Assembly (NCBI RefSeq): GCF_009914755.1
Contig: NC_060935.1
Source of the DNA: the human T2T-CHM13v2.0 reference genome, Homo sapiens
Direction: 5' to 3' (one strand)
DNA length: 64,000 nt
Shown here: positions 38,621-51,033 of the stretch, piece by piece
Layout of the letters: each line of letters opens with the position of its first letter
How positions within the stretch are numbered: position 1 is the first letter of the stretch
The notes under the pieces: model-generated
The model's input: only the letters and a program-made list of their open reading frames with translations
Databases searched by the model: none
Told to the model about the DNA's origin: nothing
Program-made: the position numbers and the translations under genes

Positions 38621-38818
38621 CACGCCCGGGGAGGCCTTCCGGCCGCCCCAGGTCCCGCTCTGCCGCCCAGCGCCGCCGCCAGCCCCCACCGGGCCGCCCT
38701 ACTCGGCCATCGCTCACTTTCCCGAGAGTGAATGCTTCCAGGATTTTTCCGAACTGGAGTAATCCCCAAAGTGAGCAATAAAGAAACGAGAGTCAGGAAA
38801 TGCTGTGGGAAGTCTGGA

Positions 38819-38824
38819 TTTATG
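38819..38824 (-). terminator. PRG3: CATAAA variant poly(A) signal of PRG3
   Basis: Context resembles the PRG2 AATAAA; no canonical hexamer seen nearby on this strand. Confidence 0.6.
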
Positions 38825-38881
38825 AGCAGGAGAGGTTGGGGGACGGGAGGGAGCTGCTGGCAGGGTCTCCGTGCCGCTGGC

Positions 38882-38940
38882 TTAGAAGGAGCAGACGAAG
38901 GGCAGTTGCTTGTCGCATTGAGCTCGTCGCCAATAACCTC
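38882..38940 (-). CDS. PRG3: Proteoglycan 3 / eosinophil MBP homologue (MBP2), last coding exon (GYWRRAQCDKQLPFVCSF*)
   Basis: TAG acceptor; TAA stop at 38884-38882; C-type lectin C-terminus; total CDS 678 nt = 225 aa. Confidence 0.97.
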
Positions 38941-39756
38941 CTAGCAGCACAGAGCACAGTGAAGTCCACCGCCCTGCGGGGTCTGGCCTGGGCTTCACCT
39001 CTTTCCCTCCTCAGGGGCCCCCTATGTCCCCATCTATGGCCATCGTCATCTGCCAGCTGTGTGCTTGCCCCACATCCCTACTGGCTCACATTTGCTGAGC
39101 TCTTACTGCTAGCTAGGCTGTGTGCTAACTGCATTAGATGGACTTAGGTGGACTATTGCATTTAATCCTTACCATGACTCCAAGAGGTGGGTGCTGTCAT
39201 CATCCCCATTTCACAGATGAGGAAACGGGGGCTTAGTAGAGATAAACAACGTGCCTGTATCTCAGTTGGCAAGTGGCAGCACTGGGATGTGAACTGCAGC
39301 AGTCTTGCTCTAGCACATATGGTCTCAGCCACTATACTAAACTCACATCTGGCACCCATGCTGCTGCCCACGTCTGCTGTTGGAGGCGGGCATCTTGTCT
39401 CTCAGCCATCCCTAATTCCCCCATCCTTCCTTTTCTCTCATCCACGCCTTATATCCACTTCCGTTACTCTCATTGGTCATACCTGTTGTTCGAATTTATT
39501 GCCCTCATATCAAAGGAGGCAAAGAATTTTCCCACACACACACCATCCAGCCCACCCCCCTGTCTCCAGAACTCCTATCACCTGGTTTTGCTTTGAGGAT
39601 TCCCTATGTCTCAGCCCTCCTTACACACAGGACTTTTGTTCTTCAGTCAGCGGGAGGGTCTGAGTTTGGGGAGGTGTGTTCAGGCAGCTCAAAGGGGTAG
39701 TATTAAGAATCCACTTTACTATCCCTTCTCCCTGCCCTGGTGCCCTTCCCCCTCAC

Positions 39757-39868
39757 CTTTGGTGCATAGGGCCACACAGGAGCCTTGCCCATTCCCAGGT
39801 TGCCCTGGGGACCAGTAAGCAAAATTCCAGTGGCTCCCATCAGTCCAGCAAAACCGCTTCCACAGGAA
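39757..39868 (-). CDS. PRG3: PRG3 exon 5 (FLWKRFCWTDGSHWNFAYW...CVALCTK)
   Basis: TAG/GTGAGG, 112 nt, same length as PRG2 exon 5. Confidence 0.97.
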
Positions 39869-40376
39869 CTAGAGAAGTGACAGGCTAGGTCAGAGGGCAG
39901 AAGTTCAGATCCAGGACCTCATGGAATACCCCCTGTTGACTTCTCTCACTGCCTACCTGGCCAGGAGCCAGACACCCTAGAGAGCCATTCCTAAGAGTTT
40001 CCAGGCAATGACAGGAAGAGCAACCATCTCTCTCAGCCATCACACAGAGCAGGCTTCTCAAACTTTACTGTGCGTACGTTATCTCCTGGGGATCTTGTTA
40101 AAATGGAGGTTCTGATTCAAGAGGTCTGTGGTGGGGTCCAAGATTCTGCAGTTCTAACAAGCTCCCAGGGGATGGTGGTACTGCTGATCTATGGACCATA
40201 CTGCTGATCTATGGACCGTACCAAATATAATGCCACTTATTCACCCACAATTCCAGAACCACCCTGAGAGAAGAAGGTCCCCATTTCAGGGATTGAAAAA
40301 AAACAGAGGCTCCAAGAAACCTATTTAGCTAGCTTTCTAAGTGACTAAGCTGGGCCTGGACTCTGTCTCATGACTC

Positions 40377-40600
40377 CAGTGGTATGCTGGTAAATGTTTA
40401 TACCAGCTCTTGGGGTGGGTGGGAGGATGGGGAGTAGAAAGGAGCCCTGATGTGTAGCAATTGCCTATTTCCTTTGTGTAAATACTCCCACCATGGCTGA
40501 TGTCAAGCTGCAAGCATGTAGTCACTGAGCATGGAGTTGGTAAGAGATGTGCACCATCAGTTCTCCTGAGCCAGTACAAGCCATCTCCAGCACATCATTG
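40377..40600. mobile_element. MER63-like hAT DNA transposon relic; a related fragment lies at ~22460-22600
   Basis: Terminal inverted repeats CAGTGGTATGCTGG ... CCAGCACATCATTG. Confidence 0.7.
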
Positions 40601-40712
40601 CCTGCCACATTAAGGAAACCTTAGCTGCTGGCCTGAGGCTTGGCACCATCAGATGCTACTTTAACACATTCAGAAAGAACTTACTGCACCCAAGATTTGG
40701 CCCCTGACTTAC

Positions 40713-40844
40713 CCAGCCCCTGAGGTTGCCTCCAATCCAGACCTGGGCTTGGTTGACTGTGCTAGTGCAGCACTGAATGCGATAGTTGAAGTTGAAGTCA
40801 TGGATAGAGACAAGGTTGCCTCCGTAGCATCTGCTGCAGACATT
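40713..40844 (-). CDS. PRG3: PRG3 exon 4 (NVCSRCYGGNLVSIH...VWIGG)
   Basis: CAG/GTAAGT, 132 nt, C-type lectin WIG motif. Confidence 0.97.
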
Positions 40845-41525
40845 CTGCAGACGGAAACAAAGTAGAGAATTCCCTCTCATTTATTTCAAGTTTCTGAGTC
40901 TCCAGGCAAGAGCCCGGCATCCCTTTTCAGGTTAAAAATAAACCTACTTGCCTCCCTTAATCCTATCTTTTGCTTCTTAATTAGCTGTCAGGACAATCCT
41001 ACAGGAAATGATAATACTCATAATAATTATAACCACCACTTATTGAGAGTTTATTACAGCCCAGTGACTATTCCAAACACTTTTCATGTATTATCTCATT
41101 TAATGCTCACCACAACTCTAAGAAGTTGGTGCTATATATCTTCGTTTTACAAATGAAGGTGCTAAAGCTTTGAAAGGCAAAGCAACTTGCCCAGGTAACA
41201 CAGCTAATAAAAGGCAGAACCAGAATTTAACACAGGCGTTTCTAACACCAAAGCCTTTTGTTTAAATCGGTGGTTCTCCCCAGACCAACAATATCATCAT
41301 CACCTGGGGATTTGTTGTAAATGCAAATTCTCAGGCTTCACCTCAGCCCTCCTAAATCAGAAGTCGTGCAGGTGAGGCCCAGAAAGCTGTGTTTTAACAA
41401 CAACTCCAGGTGATTCTGATGCATGCGAGGCTTTGAGAACCACTAGCCTAAATGAATAGGGAACAGAAGACTGAATGTACTCTCTTTTCCCCCAGGTCCT
41501 CCGCAGTAGCCTCCCTACTACTTAC

Positions 41526-41839
41526 CTGAGCTTCTGCAAAAGTTTTAGGAGTCCGCACCAATAGGTAGCGGCAGGTCTTGCACCTTGGACTTCCCTGCAC
41601 TTCAACAATGTCTTCTTCCCTGGGGCACTGGAAGTCCTTGTCTAAGGCAGCTGGGTCCGACTCCATGGCTTCCTCATCCTCAAAGTTGTCTTGACAGGCA
41701 GAAGCCTTGACCTCCTCTCCCTCTGCCTGAATCACCTCCTCCGTCAGAGCCAAGTCTCTCTCCTGCTCCTTTGAACTATCCAGATCCTGGCCTAGGTCTG
41801 CCTGTGTCTCTAGGCTCTCCAGATGGGGGGCATCATTCT
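41526..41839 (-). CDS. PRG3: PRG3 exon 3 (acidic pro-domain and start of lectin domain)
   Basis: CAG/GTAAGT, 314 nt, inside ORF 41448..41864. Confidence 0.97.
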
Positions 41840-41884
41840 CTGGGAAGAAGAGGTAACCTGCCATCAGGTCAAGAGCTTCCTAGT

Positions 41885-41905
41885 TCCAGCACCGTGGACA
41901 GCTCC
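41885..41905 (+). promoter_or_regulatory. RE1/NRSE (REST binding site) TCCAGCACCGTGGACAGCTCC
   Basis: 17/21 match to TTCAGCACCACGGACAGCGCC; both half-site cores and the 2-nt spacer are intact. Confidence 0.8.
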
Positions 41906-42054
41906 AGCAACCTCGCTCGAGCTTTCCTAGGAATTCCACCTGAAGACAAGACTGGAGGATTTCCTTGGTGTTAGGTAAGGAGAGATCTCTCGGGTCACAC
42001 CCACAAATGGACAAGAACCTGACTTCTGGCCGACACCACGAGTGTGTGTTTTGA

Positions 42055-42498
<444 letters not shown>

Positions 42499-42676
42499 AG
42501 AAAGTTCCAGGTTACAGTTCTGAGTCCAAGTGATATCTTACCGGAGATGAGCTGTATCAGCTAAAGAGGGAAGGCTGTGGTCCTGGCCTCATGAGTGCAA
42601 ATAAAAGCTGGGGGAGGGGAGTGTAGGAAAAAGGAAAAAAGGGAAAGACGCATGAGGAGGGAAGGGAGAGACTTAC

Positions 42677-42737
42677 CCAGATGAAGAGCAGAAACTGTTC
42701 CCAGCAGGAGAAAGGGCAGGAGCAAGAGGCGTTGCAT
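42677..42737 (-). CDS. PRG3: PRG3 exon 2 coding part, signal peptide MQRLLLLPFLLLGTVSALHL
   Basis: ATG at 42737, GTAAGT donor, hydrophobic signal peptide homologous to PRG2. Confidence 0.96.
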
Positions 42738-43142
42738 ATCTACTGTCTTTTAGCGAGGACACTACTCCACCGTCCTTCTTGGGGCTGTCTTTGTGTGTCT
42801 AGTATAGCCCCTGGCACATAGTATAGAGGGAATATTTGTTTAATTGTTTGATTAAAGAGCAAACAAGATTGCTTTCTCCTCTTGCCATGAACAGACCCTG
42901 AGCTGGAGAGTCTAGAAAAGGAATGGTGGGAGGGATAACTCAGGTACCAAATTTCATTTGTCTTCCAGTCTCCATTGCTGCTCTCCAGTATCACCCTTAG
43001 CCCAGACTCCTGCCCCTGCGGGGACAGGTCTGCTTAGCTATGATGTTCCTAAGGACAGGCCTCCTACGTGTTTGCCCTATGAGGTGCTGCTTCTTCCCAG
43101 GGCTTACACTGGTCCTGCCTGGGCAGCCAGAAAAGAACTCAC

Positions 43143-43177
43143 CTTCCAAGAGTCTGAGACCTCCACTCTCAGTGCCT
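43143..43177 (-). other. PRG3: PRG3 non-coding exon 1 (5' end approximate)
   Basis: AAG|GTGAGT donor at 43142; TATA box ~30 nt upstream of the inferred start. Confidence 0.75.
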
Positions 43178-43199
43178 CTGGCTTCAGGGGCCAGAAGCA

Positions 43200-43300
43200 G
43201 CCTTTATACTGGGTTTTTGGGGAAGTGGGAAGAGGCCAGAATGATTGCTCCAGGACAGAGTGGGGGACAAAGGAGCTGATAATGAAATTTGCTCAGTCTT
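43200..43300 (-). promoter_or_regulatory. PRG3: PRG3 promoter: TATAAA (43203-43208), GGAAGT ETS/PU.1-like site, GATA (43277-43282), adjacent C/EBP-like site
   Basis: Motif order matches the PRG2 promoter. Confidence 0.7.
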
Positions 43301-43769
43301 CTCAACCCTGTGCCCTGCTCTCTGCTGGGACTGCAGGGACCTGCCTCCTGGGGCCTACTGCCTTGTTTGGGTACCCCACACCCTGGTTTGCTTCAGAAGG
43401 CCCTAGATGTTATGTCCATTGTCCAGGCATAATTATTATTTATGCCCCCTAAAATGCCCCAGTCTGAACAACACGCCTTAACTCCAGGAGTAGCCTCCTG
43501 CTGGTGGAATCCCAGAGAGTGAAGTGGAGATCCCAGGGAGCTGGTGGGAGACAATGGGGGGAAGAAACAAGAGGGGAAAGGGAGGTTCAGTGCTCCCAAG
43601 CTCTCACCCATCCTAGGGGCATTGTGTGCAACACACCCCTCACCCTCATCTCCACATCATCTCCACCAGGTACCACCCCTACTTCACAGAGGCAAAATGT
43701 GAGATTCAGAGAAAGAGAGAAGGCAACTTGCCAAGGTTCCATGGGAAGTGGAAGAACTGGAATTTCTAA

Positions 43770-44262
<493 letters not shown>

Positions 44263-44322
44263 GCTTTCTCATCTTTAATGTGTGAAAAATCTACATCCTT
44301 TCTTCTGTGCTGTGGATCTAGA

Positions 44323-44542
44323 TCAAGGTTCCTCAACTTTGTGCTATTAATATGTGAGGTCAAATAACTCTTTATTGTGGAGGGGCTGTCCTGGGCGTTG
44401 TAGAAAGTTTAATGGTCCCTCTGGTCTCTACTCACCAGATGTCAGTAGCCCCTCTCCCCACCCCCGCAGATGATCAAAAATGTCTCCACATGTTTCCAAA
44501 TGTCCTCTGGGGAGAAAAATGGCCCCAGTTGAGGATCTCTGA
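44323..44542. mobile_element. MER20-like hAT relic; another lies at ~60530-60736
   Basis: GGGGCTGTCCTG...AAAAATGTCTCCA...CCAAATGTCC pattern. Confidence 0.7.
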
Positions 44543-45065
44543 TCTAGGATATGCCACCTTGCCCAACCTCAAGGCATAGCTTCAGGGCTGGCAAACAGGC
44601 AGCATGAAAAGCTCCATACAGAGTCTCTCCAGCACTCTGTAGATCATCCTCTCCACCCAACACTCCCCTCCTCACCTCCCATCTCCCACCAGTCTTCTGT
44701 CACCCCAGGGTCTGGACTAGAATCAGGCAGGGGAGGCTCTCAACTCAGACACACTAAGAAATTAAGGGGACACTAAGAAATTTACTATTCAAGATAAATA
44801 ACATTTTAATGCAACATTTCTTAAAAATTGAAATTAATGCAAAACAAAACATCAAAATTTTAACTGACCAAGCTCTAGACAAATTTGCTGCACTTTAAAG
44901 AGAGGCCAGCATGTCTCAAGCCTTGAATTTGCCAGATGTCTCTGCCAAGAGCTAGTGGACTTGTCAGGGTGAACTCAGAGGCATCCTTGTGGGATGCTTC
45001 TCAGAACTATGCCTGGCACATGAGTGGAGGGTGACCCTTGTCAATTAAAATGTGCAGATTGGTAG

Positions 45066-45407
<342 letters not shown>

Positions 45408-45760
45408 TCAGGGAGCAGGGACAGGCAGCCCAGAGGGTGAGAAGACCTAAATTCCTTCCTCTTCTCTGCTCTTCCAAAAGACCCACAAATGGAGAAGTAA
45501 CTGAGAGGCCATTTCTGAGTCTGATTGCAGAGTAACGGCCTTGATCACTATCTCCGTAGCCCAACGGACCAAACCCTCCACTTATCTACTTGACTGTAGG
45601 AGGACTGGCCAGGTCCAGGACCTAAAAACCTGGTCACTGGATTTCAAGCTTGAGACCTCCCTAGTGGTGGAGGGTGGAGGCATAGACCCCCATTTGCCAT
45701 TATTCTTCCTCATTCATTGGCCCAAGCCAGGGGTACCATTTCACTTCGTGGCTGGGATGA

Positions 45761-46142
<382 letters not shown>

Positions 46143-47230
46143 TTGTTGTTTCATTTTACAGATGGAGAAATGACATCTCAGAGACTTTAAACAAGTTGCC
46201 CAAGGTCACACAGCAAGTAGAGACAGGCCTGAACCATAGGCTCCCAGCTCCTTATCCACCGGATAGCTGTGTTTCTCTAGCCTCCTCTCATCAACCTCCC
46301 TCCTGAACAGACCATTCCCTCTTTCAAGTCGATCCTGTTTTCACTGTATATAAACCCTGGGCAAAGATATTCCAATGACCTCAGTGACCTTTTCTGTCTG
46401 ATTTAAAACAAGAAAAAACATTTTTGAAGGTCTTCCATGGACCAGACACTATGCTTCATTAAGGTTTTTACATCTGTTACTTAACAACAGCTTAATCCTT
46501 AAAAGTCATCCTACAAATTGGGTATTGCCATCTCTAGTCTATATAGGTACTACAAAAGCTCAGAGAAGTCAAATGACTTATCCAAGTTTGCACAACTAGT
46601 AACAAATGATACATCAGATCCTAGTCTGTCTGACTCCCAAATCTTTGCTTTCTTTGACACACCCAGATGTGTTACCCCCAGATGATCTAGCCAATGATGA
46701 CAACATTGCTTTCAGCATCCATGGAACCCCAAGCCTCTGGCTTAATGTTTGCATTTGTGTTCACAGGGGTTTCAAACTCCGCCTCTTGTTCCAAGATTCA
46801 GTCCATCCCCTCATTATGCAGACGGTAGGCCTTGCCATCTTGAGAGGCAGTGTAGGGTGATGTATAATGAAATCACAAGTTCCAGGGTCAGCCCCTCTCT
46901 GCCTCAGCTTTCTCATCTGTAAACTAAGGCTAATGACAAGACTTACCTCTAATGAGATCAGCTTAAGCAAAGCTCTCAGAACTATGCCTGGCACATGAGT
47001 TGAGTGAGGGTGGCCCTTGTCTATGAAAAAGCAATGAGTGCACTGTTGATTGAGCCCCTACTCTGTGCTCTGCACAGTGTAAGGAACTCCAAGGATTCAA
47101 TGATAAAGAACCATAGATAAACAGTTTCACAGAGCTTAGTTAGTATCTTACTGGAGAGGAAAATTCACACACAAACCCATATTTTGGAATATTAGCCCAG
47201 TCCCCTTATTTCATGATTTTTACTTTTTAA

Positions 47231-47581
<351 letters not shown>

Positions 47582-48759
47582 TAAAGCACACTATAGAGTG
47601 GACTGCTCAGGGAAACTTCACAGTGAATGCACCAATGTAAACATGCCTAGGTCGAGATACAGGATGGGACTAGGAGCCCTGCAGCTTCCTTCGTGCCCCT
47701 TCTTGATATTACTCCCCCAAAGAAGATCTCTGTGGACTGGAAGTCAAACTTCTGTCAAAGTACACACCCACAGCGGCAGAGATTTATGAGGAACAAGACA
47801 AAGTTCACCTAACATTTAGCACAGTACCTGACACCTAGTAAATGCTTAATAAATGGGAAATATTATTACCCTTTGTTGTTAATATTGAAATAAGGGAAGC
47901 AATGCCTTTCCACACCAGAATATAAAGTCCAAGAGGGCAAGGAGTGAAAGTTCCACCTCAGCTGCATCCTCACAGCACTCACCACAGGGATGAACCCATA
48001 GTCCACCATCTTTGAAATCAACAGATTCTTGTGGAACAATAGTTGAAATGAACCTGAGTTTGATTTCTCTCTCTTTCTCAACTTACTATGTGACCTTAGA
48101 GAAGTAGCATCCCTTCTCTATACCACACTCCAAAAAAATAGAGTTCTTGTTTCACCCCTCTCTGAGCCCCTAATCCCATATGAAGATCTATGAATTGGAG
48201 GAATGCTGGAGAAAAAAATGGCTTTAGAACATTGAATTATTTTCTTCTGCTGACCTCCCTAGTACAGAAGGGGTTGAGAATGCCTTCCTCCCTCCCCTCT
48301 GATTAAAGCTCCCTCACCTCCAGCTGGGCTGGTGTCCTGTGTCCCAAGATGAACCCAAGAGTGAGACAGTCTGGCTTTCCTCCCCCCGTGCTTCATCCCC
48401 GTGTGACCATAAGGGGAGAGTAGCCAGCTGTAAAAGCACAAGGGTTAAAGTAACATGCTTTGGAGCAGAGTTGAATTTCAATATGAGTTGCATTTAGAGG
48501 TTCAGTCTTGGGCAAGTCTTTTGACAGATCCTAACTTCTCTGAGCCTGGTTCTGTAAAATAGGGCTCATAATTATTGATCACATGAGGTCATCTAGGCAA
48601 GGTGCCTGCCACAGCAGGGGGTATGTTGTGGGTGCTCAATAAGCGATAACAACTAGTAGATGTTTTTGTGCCTATGTTACAAATAACCATATATCCCAAG
48701 TGCCAGAGGACTATGTCTTGTATTCCCAGGCCTCATTCAGAGTCTGACGCATGGCAAGC

Positions 48760-49190
48760 TGTCTTATATCAGGTTTCCCCAGAAGGAGATCCTGAGAGAG
48801 GGAGTTGCGTACAAGTGTTTATTTGGGAGTTGCAGAGAGTAGGAAGGAGCAGAGAATGCAGTTGAGGAAGGGAAGGCAGCCCATAAAAATGCATGGAATA
48901 AGGCCAACTACCACAGCAGGCCACTGGGAAATGGTGCCCAATACATGTTAGATTTATTCCACTTGAGGGGCCGGGGATTGCGGTACTTATACATTCATTC
49001 CTGAATGTTGTGGACTGTTCCCAGGGACATGTTAACTTCCTTACATATAAAACCAACCACAGTTCTGGGGTTGGAGAGAGACAGAGAAAAGGCCTTTGGT
49101 TACAGAGATGCAAACTGGGCCATTGGGAGTCTACCTACAACCTTGAAAGGTCCTGGCAGCACTATGCAGGTGCCCAGTAATCAGGTGTTC
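48760..49190 (-). mobile_element. Old MLT1-type MaLR LTR downstream of PRG2
   Basis: TGTCTTA...TTCCCCAGAAG...CCTGAGA...GTTTATTTGGGAG resembles an MLT1 3' end; upstream boundary uncertain. Confidence 0.6.
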
Positions 49191-49405
49191 TATGAAGAGA
49201 ACTAGCTGAGCCCATTCCTCCATCTCCAAAAGGCTCCATAGACCCAACTCCACCCTCCATCCTCCTCCTCAAGGAGTAGTAGCTTCTGACACTTCTATGA
49301 AAGTTGTGGTGTGGGGAGAGATGATAAGGAAGAAGTTTCAATGAGGGCTAAGCAGAGTGGATCCGCGATCAGAGGAGAAAATAAATCCATTTCAGTAAAA
49401 CCCAT

Positions 49406-49411
49406 TTTATT
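49406..49411 (-). terminator. PRG2: AATAAA poly(A) signal of PRG2
   Basis: TTTATT on +, ~90 nt after the stop. Confidence 0.85.
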
Positions 49412-49499
49412 GCAGGGAGGTGGAGGGAGGGATGGCAAGCAGAGGAGGGGAGGCAGCTGCCCAGGAGAGGGCAGCTCTGAACTGCTGGCTGGGACCAGC

Positions 49500-49558
49500 T
49501 CAGTAGGAACAGATGAAAGGAAGTCTTCTGAGGCAGTGGGCTCGACGCCAGTAGCCTC
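49500..49558 (-). CDS. PRG2: Proteoglycan 2 / eosinophil major basic protein (proMBP), last coding exon (GYWRRAHCLRRLPFICSY*)
   Basis: CAG acceptor, TGA stop at 49502-49500; total CDS 669 nt = 222 aa. Confidence 0.98.
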
Positions 49559-49778
49559 CTGTGAAGGCAGAACAGAAAGGGACTTTCAGCCTCTTGTCCA
49601 TCCCAACTCAACCCACAGGAGGGCCTCTTTTCCCACCCACACACTGCTGTGGAGTCAGAGTATATAAAAGACCCAGGAAGCCTCTCCCACAAAGGGTCAG
49701 GCTCTTTGTAGCATCTCCTCCTTGGGGCACTTCCCATCTCCCAGACCTTTCCATCGTTCATCCCCAGCCCCACCTCAC

Positions 49779-49890
49779 CTCGGGTACACAGGGCCACGCA
49801 GTGACCACCGCGGGACCAGGGCTGGTGAGCAGCCCAGTACGCAAAGTTCCAGCGGCTGCCGTCAACCCACTGAAAGCGTCTGCAGCGACC
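49779..49890 (-). CDS. PRG2: PRG2 exon 5 (GRCRRFQWVDGSRWNFAYW...CTR)
   Basis: CAG/GTGAGG, 112 nt. Confidence 0.98.
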
Positions 49891-50171
49891 CTGGAGAAAG
49901 CAAGAGGGGAAGAAGGGATGGGGCAGAGGGAAGGCAGAGAAGCAGACCTGGCCCCGTATCTGCCAGCTCTTTCTGCTGCCCACCGGGCAATGGGCCCTTC
50001 CCTGCTGGACCATGATGGGAACTGTCCTAGTCATCTGAAATGCTGATCCACGGCAATTATCACCATCAGATTCTATGCATCCCAGTGACAGGCTTGTCCT
50101 TCCAGCCCTAACAAAAGGTAGAACAAGGGTTGCCAACTCATCCTAGAGATGAGGAAACAAACTCATGGTCT

Positions 50172-50367
<196 letters not shown>

Positions 50368-50600
50368 TAAGTTACATAGATAGTGAGAGATGGAAAGGAA
50401 CTTGGACCCAAACCTCCTGATTCTAAATCCTTAGCTCTTCCCTGAATGCCCAGGCAGCCCCCTCAGTGTTGTCTGTGGGTGTCCATCTATCCCTGGTTCT
50501 TCTGGAGATTATACAGGAGAAAAACAGACAAATCTGATGCAAGCTGAGTGCTGGCTGAGATCAGCAGGTGCACCCCATTTAGTGTTCACACTTCTCTTAC

Positions 50601-50732
50601 CGAGCCTGTGATCCTGCCTCCAATCCAGACTTGACCCTGGTTGAGCGCGCTGACAGAACACTGGATTCGATAATTAATATTGAAGTTGTGGATGGAAACC
50701 AGGTTGCCCCTGTAGCACCTCCGGCAAGTAAA
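50601..50732 (-). CDS. PRG2: PRG2 exon 4 (FTCRRCYRGNLVSIHNFNINYRIQC...ITGS)
   Basis: TAG/GTAAGA, 132 nt. Confidence 0.98.
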
Positions 50733-51033
50733 CTACAGGGCAGGATAAAAGACAAAGAATGGAGCATCCTTCCTACATGAATTCACATGGGTCTTGAGTC
50801 CCCACAATTCATTCCCTCCCTCCCCTGCCACAACCATTTGAAGGTTGGAGACCAAAATGCAACTTCTGTTTGTAGGTGGCCCTCCCCTCTTACCCCAACA
50901 CCTCTCTGAGGCTCAGGTTCTACTGACACCCCCAGGGCCCTCAATGGGAAAAAGAGCCAGTGATAGCAATGCTGGGGGCATATCCCACACCCGTTCCATG
51001 CTCCCACCTCAGCCTCAGCCATAGGCCACTCAC

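Noticed and set aside
38419-38778. Gly/Val-rich ORF on the - strand
   Set aside because: Largely a translation of the VNTR
49551-49553. PRG2 codon 206 is Tyr (His in some published sequences); P2RX3 codon 383 is Ala
   Set aside because: Recalled as ordinary polymorphisms; cannot verify without dbSNP, and not novel
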